A DNA stretch of 6,888 nucleotides from Octopus sinensis. Lineage: Eukaryota. The DNA is taken from NCBI RefSeq assembly GCF_006345805.1, contig NW_021829199.1, positions 1 through 6,888 on the forward strand, read 5' to 3'. Positions 6,076 to 6,888 of the stretch are shown one piece after another. Made by a program: the position numbers and the translations under genes. The notes beneath the pieces are model-generated. The model ran no database searches. It was not told the origin of the DNA and was given only the letters and a program-made list of their open reading frames with translations. Position 1 is the stretch's first letter. Every line of letters starts with the position of its first letter.

Positions 6076-6888
6076 TTACCTATTCCCATGTTTTCTGTTA
6101 AATATATATTCAAGTACACATATACAAAAATACGATCGTGTCGAAATGAATATACAAGAGTGATATAAACGGTGTTTAAATCAGTTCTATTTGAGTAATA
6201 TGGAGGTTTCTTGTATGTAATTAAGTATGACATATCAACTGATACAATTCCCTTTTGGTGGGTCTCGAATACGAAGAGGCTGTTTATTTCCAAGAGGGAG
6301 CTGTAAGATATGCATTTCCAAATGCTCAAAACAGAAACCCTCCCCCCCCTCACAACTTAATTTACATTAAATCAAATTCACGAAGTTTCTAAACAGTATC
6401 TCTACTTTAAAATTCCGTACCAATGTGGCTTTAAGAAGAAAGCAAAAAATAACGAAACAAAAGAAAAAAAAGCGTAACACGGAAACAGAAAATTCGTTAA
6501 GGAGATAAAATATTCCCTGAAGCGAATGGAGAACATGGAAAGGAATTTGAGCGGCTTCACCGGAGATTATTAATATTACTACATGTAAACGGTGCCACAA
6601 GCTTTGAAGGTGCTGGCACTCAAGGCAGTTTTATTCACAACATTTCCAAACCTGAAGCTGAAAGTGGAAATTCACTAATAATGTTAAGGAATGTGCGCAA
6701 TGTTGATTGTAAGGCGTAGAAGTGGGAATGCCTCAACTGTTCAGACCATTCTTTACGATTAAATTGTGCTCTTGAAACACCACGTGATACTCTGTGGCTA
6801 ATCTAGCGGTTTAGGCAACACGTTATTCAGTGTTTCATGTCAGAGTACAATCTAAACGAAGTACTTCACAAAATTGCAGAGGATGATA
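6076..6888 (+). mobile_element. Fossil Helitron RepHel coding region (end of Rep domain and linker), running off the window
   Basis: SVKYIFKYTY (6094-6123) + YDRV (6131-6142) ~SVKYLFKYxYKGHDRA; YLSNMEV (6188-6208) ~RYVSxxEA; VYFQEG (6282-6299); LTT*FTLNQIHEVSKQYLYFKIP (6349-6417) ~LTAWFxLN..ARQYLYxEIP; ERLHRRLLILLHVNGATSFE (6549-6608) ~ERxYLRLLLLHVKGATSFE; ECAQC..MPQL (6689-6739); LW (6792-6797). Many stops and frameshifts. Confidence 0.85.

Noticed and set aside
5461-6600. Minus-strand ORFs 5461-5718, 6003-6353 and 6367-6600
   Set aside because: They overlap SINEs or are antisense to the Helitron fossil, with no recognisable protein features.
6793-6855. tRNA-like head (ctagcggtttaggc ... 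gtacaatc)
   Set aside because: Weak box matches, and it lies inside the Helitron coding fossil.

Overview
AT-rich eukaryotic (animal) non-coding DNA, probably intronic or intergenic. The two SINE types and the dense (CA/TG), (TA), (TATC) and (TATG) microsatellites resemble octopus genomes as I recall them; this attribution is inference. No intact protein-coding or RNA gene is supported. Most long ORFs in the track are microsatellite translations, and the rest overlap SINEs or degraded transposon sequence. Manual reading across frameshifts shows that much of the apparently unique DNA is fossil transposon coding sequence: a LINE endonuclease remnant (~1934-2180, -), a hAT (Charlie/Buster-like) transposase C-terminus (~3640-4080, +) and a Helitron Rep(Hel) remnant (~5117-6888, +). 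The Helitron remnant is split just before its catalytic YxxKY-type motif by three related tRNA-derived SINE copies (5504-6075; one +, two -). These form a gap-free 127-bp, 92%-identical inverted repeat that a Pol III transcript could read through. I see no convincing new biological system; the SINE fold-back cluster is the best lead.
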